64,000 bases of DNA, taken from positions 883,336 to 947,335 of the forward strand of contig CAVVMO010000001.1 of the NCBI GenBank assembly GCA_963749345.1, in the 5' to 3' direction. Positions 59,239-64,000 of the stretch are shown piece after piece. Under the pieces are notes generated by a model. The model was not told the origin of the DNA, did not search any database, and was given only the letters and a program-made list of their open reading frames with translations. Origin of the DNA: an uncultured Bacteroidales bacterium (GTDB taxonomy: Bacteria; Bacteroidota; Bacteroidia; Bacteroidales; JAADJA01). Made by a program: the position numbers and the translations under genes. Each line of letters opens with the position of its first letter. Position 1 is the first letter of the stretch.

Positions 59239-60463
59239 TATAATTAGTTATACAATAGCAAAAGGCCACGAAAGTATAAACTTATGGAAGTTTTTACTCA
59301 ACGAATTGAAACCAAAGGGTAAAATATTTACCCCATTCAACATCATTTCTCTACCCATCATACTGTTAGGCCTGGTGCTTATTGTTATCCGGTTCTGGAA
59401 AGGAATCGGATCAATAACAAATCTAACTCAGGAAGTTCCCTGGGGATTGTGGATTGGGTTTGATGTGGTAACAGGCGTTGCATTTGCAGGTGGGGCTTAT
59501 GTGATCACTTTTATGGTGTATATTCTGAATATGCAGAAATATCATTCCATTGTCAGGGTTACAGTATTGAATGGATTTCTGGCTTATGCATTTTATGCGG
59601 GCGCACTATTACTCGACCTTGGACGTCCCTGGAATGTGATCAATCCGATCATCGGTAACAGCTTTGGCACAAGCTCGGTGCTGTTCCTTGTTGCCTGGCA
59701 CTTCCTGCTGTACATGATTGCACAGTTAATTGAATTTTCACCTGCTATAGCAGAATGGCTTGGTGCCCGTCGTGCCCGAAAGATCCTTTCAAGCATGACC
59801 CTTGCAGCGGTCATTTTTGGTATCACTTTATCCACTCTGCATCAATCGGGATTGGGGGCTCTCTATCTTATGGCAAAAGACAAAATTCATCCGCTTTGGT
59901 ATTCAGAATTCATTCCCATCCTATTTTTTGTATCAAGCATCTTTGCCGGGCTCTCTATGGTTATCTTTGAGGGATCTATCAGCCGAAAAGTATTTTTTGA
60001 TCAGATCAGCGAAAGAAACCATCGTTCACATAATGGCATCATCCGTGGTTTATCAAAAATCTGTGCCGGAGCGATGTTTGCTTACTTTTTTCTTCAAATC
60101 CTCGTTTTTGTGCATGGCAAACAATGGAACTTGTTAAATACCCCGATGGGTTACTGGTACCTTACGGAGATGGTTGGGTTCGTGCTTCTCCCGATGATGC
60201 TTTTCTTTTTTAGTTACCGGAGGAATAATATTTTATTGATAAAAGTTGCATCCATCATCACCATGGTCGGAATCATTATAAACAGGTTAAATGTTACTGT
60301 AATTGGGTTCAGATGGGATGCGGCGACACACTATTTTCCATCGTGGATGGAAATTGTTGTCACTATGTCGGTTATATTCACAGAAATATGGATATTCAGG
60401 TGGGTAATTAATCGCATGCCTGTTTTACGTGAATCGCCAAAATGGATTAAAGATATAAAATAA
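59231..60463 (+). CDS. HybB/HmcC-like NrfD-family integral membrane subunit
   Basis: PWGLWIGFDVVTGVAFAGGAY, DLGRPW, STLHQSGLG, about 10 TM helices; overlaps the HybA-like gene. Confidence 0.9.
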   Translation: MNDIISYTIAKGHESINLWKFLLNELKPKGKIFTPFNIISLPIILLGLVLIVIRFWKGIGSITNLTQEVPWGLWIGFDVVTGVAFAGGAYVITFMVYILNMQKYHSIVRVTVLNGFLAYAFYAGALLLDLGRPWNVINPIIGNSFGTSSVLFLVAWHFLLYMIAQLIEFSPAIAEWLGARRARKILSSMTLAAVIFGITLSTLHQSGLGALYLMAKDKIHPLWYSEFIPILFFVSSIFAGLSMVIFEGSISRKVFFDQISERNHRSHNGIIRGLSKICAGAMFAYFFLQILVFVHGKQWNLLNTPMGYWYLTEMVGFVLLPMMLFFFSYRRNNILLIKVASIITMVGIIINRLNVTVIGFRWDAATHYFPSWMEIVVTMSVIFTEIWIFRWVINRMPVLRESPKWIKDIK

Positions 60464-60511
60464 ATTAACCTGCTTTCATTGTTAACAATGTATGGCATAA
60501 AACATAATTAA

Positions 60512-61222
60512 ATGGACGGATTTATTTATACTGACATTTTTGAGACAAAAGGAATTGAATATTTGATCATTATCTCATTCCTTGTCATCCTGATCCTGTT
60601 CTGGATCATCCTCAATAAACAAACAGAAGTGACAAATCGAATTCACAAAGCGATGGGTGCACTTACAGCCAGTATTTTAAGAATTCCGCATGGACTGTTC
60701 TACAGTAAAAATCACACATGGGCACACTTAGAAAAATCAGGCAATGCAAAAGTAGGACTGGATGACTTTTTGCTCCAAATTGTTGGGGATGTAAAAGTCA
60801 ACCCTCTTAAATTTCCCGGTGAAAAACTCAGAAAGAATGAGATCCTTGCAGAAATTTATCAAAATGGTAAACGGCTTAGAATAATTTCTCCTATATCAGG
60901 TGAAGTTGTCAGCACAAATACCTTGATCAGGGATAATCCTGAACTGCTGCATGATGATCCTTACGGAAAGGGCTGGATTTATGCCATAAAACCGTCAAAC
61001 TGGAAGGAAGATATTCATTCGTATTACCTGGCAGAGGAAGCAACGCATTGGATAACAAAAGATCTGGACCGATTTAAGGATTTTTTGGCCATATCGATTG
61101 GAAAATATTCCACCGAACCATCGATGATTGCGCTCCAAGAAGGAGGTGAACTTCGTCGGAACATCCTTTCAGAATTAGATCATGAAATATGGAATGAATT
61201 TCAGGAATCATTTTTAGACTAA
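60512..61222 (+). CDS. Membrane-anchored GcvH-like protein
   Basis: N-terminal TM (EYLIIISFLVILILFWIIL); NHTWA...KVGLDDF...SPISGEVV..N...DNPELLHDDPYGKGWIY. Confidence 0.85.
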   Translation: MDGFIYTDIFETKGIEYLIIISFLVILILFWIILNKQTEVTNRIHKAMGALTASILRIPHGLFYSKNHTWAHLEKSGNAKVGLDDFLLQIVGDVKVNPLKFPGEKLRKNEILAEIYQNGKRLRIISPISGEVVSTNTLIRDNPELLHDDPYGKGWIYAIKPSNWKEDIHSYYLAEEATHWITKDLDRFKDFLAISIGKYSTEPSMIALQEGGELRRNILSELDHEIWNEFQESFLD

Positions 61223-61331
61223 TTTAGACTTGCATAAATTTTAGTACCCTATCGTAGTAATTTTTATTATCTTGCGGTCATATAAATCGGTCAGTTATTT
61301 TACATTGATCGATTAAAAAAAATGAGGTTAT

Positions 61332-63005
61332 ATGGCGCTTATTAATAAATCAGGATTCCAAAAAAGCAGAGGATATAAGTTTTACGAAAAGTATTTAAGA
61401 TTCCGGTCTTCGATCTATAGCCGGGTTATATTTATCATTACCATATTGTCGGTATTCTTGTTTGTATCCTTTGGGTTAATTTTCAGATCCGTATACGAAG
61501 ATTACCTGAACACTGTCATCCGCCAAAGTGGAAATAACATCGGATCCATCGTGGAGGGAGCATTATATTATTCCATGCTCCAAAACGATAAAAGCTCGCT
61601 GCAAAGCACACTTGATATCATCAATACCATGCCGGGTATTGATGAAGTTAATATGTACAATAATCAGGATAGCCTTGTATATTCATCCTTCTCTTTCGAC
61701 ACAACCACCGAGAGCAATCCCAATTGCAAAAGTTGCCACGAGGATATTAAATCAATGTTTCCCGGTAATGAAAAATCATACAAGATTATTGACAAGGCCA
61801 GTGCTTGTTTAATGAGTCAGAACGAAAATGGTCACAGACAATTGTTAATACGGTCCCCAATATACAATGAAAGATCCTGTTACCTGAGTTCCTGTCATGC
61901 GCATCAGCAATCAGATGTTGAGCTCGGATCTCTGATTATCAAAGTTCCATTGCAAGACCTTGATGTGGCGGTTATAAAATCTTCCCGGGATTTTTTTCTG
62001 TTTGCTACAATTACCACCATCTTACTTGTTTCCTTTTTAATATTTTTTACGAGAAAAAAAATTAAAAACCCACTCAAGGCTATTATCAAAGCAAGCGAAG
62101 CTGTAGCTAGGGGTGACAAAAGTATGCGACTGGAAATTACACCCTACCTTTTAGATGACATGAGGATGGTTTCCATTGCCTTCAATAATATGCTCGATAA
62201 TCTTAATTTAGCAACCAAGGAATTGGAAAACTGGTCGCATCAGCTCGAATACAAGGTCCAAAAAAAATCAGAAGAATTATCCGAAATTCAAAATGAATTA
62301 ATCCATGTGGAGAGAATCGCATCCCTCGGGAAACTCTCTTCATCTGTCGCCCACGAAATAAATAATCCATTATCGGGTGTTTTAACTTATACCAAGTTGG
62401 TTCATAAACAGTTGAACAAACTGGATTTGGATAGTAAAGCAAAAGAATCCATGTTAAAATATCTGACAGTGATTGAAACAGAAACCAAGCGGTGTGGTGA
62501 CATTGTTAAAGGATTGCTCGATTTTTCAAGAAAAGACCAGGAGAATTTTGAGAATAAACAATTGCATAAAATATTAAAGGATACTTATGATTTGATGGCA
62601 CACCAGATGAAAATGGCAAATATTAACTTTTATACCGATTTTTCAGCCCTTTCGGATTTAATATATTGCAGTGAAAATCAAATAAAACAGGCTTGTGTTG
62701 CCATTTTGGTAAATGCTTCTGAAGCGGTTCCGGAGAATGGGGAAATTCTGATAAAAACAATGAATCCTGACGAGGATCATATAAGGCTCGAAATTACTGA
62801 TGACGGTGTGGGCATCGCACCTGAAGATATGCCCCATATTTTTGAACCATTTTTCTCAGCCAAGCAAAAAGCCAGCGGTATTGGTTTGGGACTGGCCATT
62901 GTTCATGGAATAGTTCAAAGCCACAAAGGCAAATTAGAAATAAAATCCGAGCCTGGAAAGGGAACAACCCTTGCCATAATTTTACCATTGGTCAAGAAAC
63001 AATAA
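61332..63005 (+). CDS. Sensor histidine kinase with periplasmic CxxCH, HAMP, HisKA and HATPase domains
   Basis: Two TMs; CKSCH and CYLSSCH between them; VAHEINNPL; NQIKQ...LVNASEA; DDGVGI; FEPFFS; GIGLGL. Confidence 0.92.
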   Translation: MALINKSGFQKSRGYKFYEKYLRFRSSIYSRVIFIITILSVFLFVSFGLIFRSVYEDYLNTVIRQSGNNIGSIVEGALYYSMLQNDKSSLQSTLDIINTMPGIDEVNMYNNQDSLVYSSFSFDTTTESNPNCKSCHEDIKSMFPGNEKSYKIIDKASACLMSQNENGHRQLLIRSPIYNERSCYLSSCHAHQQSDVELGSLIIKVPLQDLDVAVIKSSRDFFLFATITTILLVSFLIFFTRKKIKNPLKAIIKASEAVARGDKSMRLEITPYLLDDMRMVSIAFNNMLDNLNLATKELENWSHQLEYKVQKKSEELSEIQNELIHVERIASLGKLSSSVAHEINNPLSGVLTYTKLVHKQLNKLDLDSKAKESMLKYLTVIETETKRCGDIVKGLLDFSRKDQENFENKQLHKILKDTYDLMAHQMKMANINFYTDFSALSDLIYCSENQIKQACVAILVNASEAVPENGEILIKTMNPDEDHIRLEITDDGVGIAPEDMPHIFEPFFSAKQKASGIGLGLAIVHGIVQSHKGKLEIKSEPGKGTTLAIILPLVKKQ

Positions 63006-63012
63006 AAAAATA

Positions 63013-64000
63013 ATGATAAAAAAAATTTCACTGTTGATCGTTGACGATGAAGAATCGGTAAGAGATTCTTTATACAACTGGTTCATCGAAGATGGCTATA
63101 ATGTTGATGGTGCCGAAAATGCCAAGGAGGCCTTATCAATGCTTGAATCAAAAAATTATGACATTATCCTGGCTGATATCAAAATGCCCGGAATGGACGG
63201 GCTTGAGATGCACAGAAGAATCAAATCCCTGAATAAGGATTCCATTGTCATTGTTATGACCGCATTTGCGTCTGTTGAAACGGCAGTTCAGGCATTAAAA
63301 GACGGAGCGTATGATTACGTAACGAAGCCTTTTGACCCGGATGATCTGTCTCATTTAATTCGCAATGCAGCAAGCCAGATAACCCTTAAAGCTGAAAATG
63401 AGGCCCTGAAAAACAAAATCATCTCCCTTGAAAACATTGAAGATATTATCGGGAACAGCGATGCCATGATGAAGGTTCTCAAGGAAGTTGAGAGTGTCGC
63501 CCAATCGAATTCATCGGTGATCATCACCGGTGAAAGCGGCACGGGGAAAGAGCTTATCGCCAGGGCTATTCATTCCAATTCCCCGCGTAAATATTTTCCC
63601 ATGGTGAGTGTACATTGCGGGGCTTTATCAGAAAGTTTGCTGGAAAGTGAGTTATTCGGACATGAAAAAGGGGCATTTACCGGTGCTATGTTTAACCGTA
63701 AAGGAAGATTTGAAATGGCTGATGGTGGTACTATATTTCTAGATGAAATAGCTACTATTTCTGCAAAAATGCAAATTGAATTGTTGAGAGTATTGGAATC
63801 AAAAACTTTTATGCGTGTAGGAGGCAATAAGGAAATTAAATCAGATTTCAGGGTTATTTGCGCCACCAACAGGGATTTAAAAAAACTGGTTGAATCCGGC
63901 ACTTTTCGCGAAGACCTATATTACAGGCTGAATGTTGTGAATATTAAAATTCCTCCCCTTCGTGAGAGACCTGAGGATATTCCCCAGCTTGTTGATCACT
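63013..64000 (+). CDS. Sigma-54-dependent (NtrC/AtoC-type) response regulator, 3'-truncated by the window edge
   Basis: Not in the ORF track. MIKKISLLIVDDEE, ADIKMPGMDG, TGESGTGKELIARAIH, ESELFGHEKGAFTGA, FREDLYYRLNV. Confidence 0.93.
   Translation, partial: MIKKISLLIVDDEESVRDSLYNWFIEDGYNVDGAENAKEALSMLESKNYDIILADIKMPGMDGLEMHRRIKSLNKDSIVIVMTAFASVETAVQALKDGAYDYVTKPFDPDDLSHLIRNAASQITLKAENEALKNKIISLENIEDIIGNSDAMMKVLKEVESVAQSNSSVIITGESGTGKELIARAIHSNSPRKYFPMVSVHCGALSESLLESELFGHEKGAFTGAMFNRKGRFEMADGGTIFLDEIATISAKMQIELLRVLESKTFMRVGGNKEIKSDFRVICATNRDLKKLVESGTFREDLYYRLNVVNIKIPPLRERPEDIPQLVDH

Noticed and set aside
60512-61222. Calling this gene gcvH
   Set aside because: It has an N-terminal TM anchor, a C-terminal extension and no canonical lipoyl-Lys motif, and no gcvP or gcvT is nearby.

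Overview
A gene-dense chromosomal window from a Bacteroidota bacterium, probably an anaerobic Bacteroidales-like organism. The assignment rests on TAnnTTTG promoter elements, T9SS C-terminal domains, a PorE-like protein, an S46 peptidase and a DUF3857 pair. From left to right it contains: (1) the tail of an arsenic/metal-type cluster (Cys-rich thioredoxin-like protein, MacB/LolD-type ABC pair, Acr3, DUF302); (2) an IS200-family element sitting among REP-like palindromes bracketed by a 12-bp inverted repeat; (3) a DUF3857/transglutaminase-like pair and a TPR/OmpA-like lipoprotein; (4) a broken ISL3 (ISAon1-like) element; (5) fbaA, a 1359-aa modular T9SS cargo protein, fumC, an ArsC-family protein, an S46 dipeptidyl peptidase, lipoproteins, a dicarboxylate/amino acid symporter and an accessory block; (6) porE-like, queE, folD, ffh, prmC; (7) a P-loop kinase plus a sucrose-phosphate-synthase-like GT4 and an ORF6N gene with twin palindromes; (8) xdhC-xdhA-xdhB, mocA-like, CDF, ygfK-like and two PLP enzymes; (9) tRNA-His and a DUF2271/PKD T9SS protein; (10) a putative sigma-54 operon encoding a PstS-like/TM/GcvH-like fusion, HybA-like and HybB/NrfD-like subunits, a second membrane-anchored GcvH-like protein, a CxxCH-containing sensor kinase and a sigma-54 response regulator that runs off the window. 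Locus 10 is the best candidate for an undescribed system: both GcvH-like domains have Gly at the canonical lipoyl-lysine position. No CRISPR array or rRNA was seen. All protein assignments come from motif recognition by eye, not database searches.
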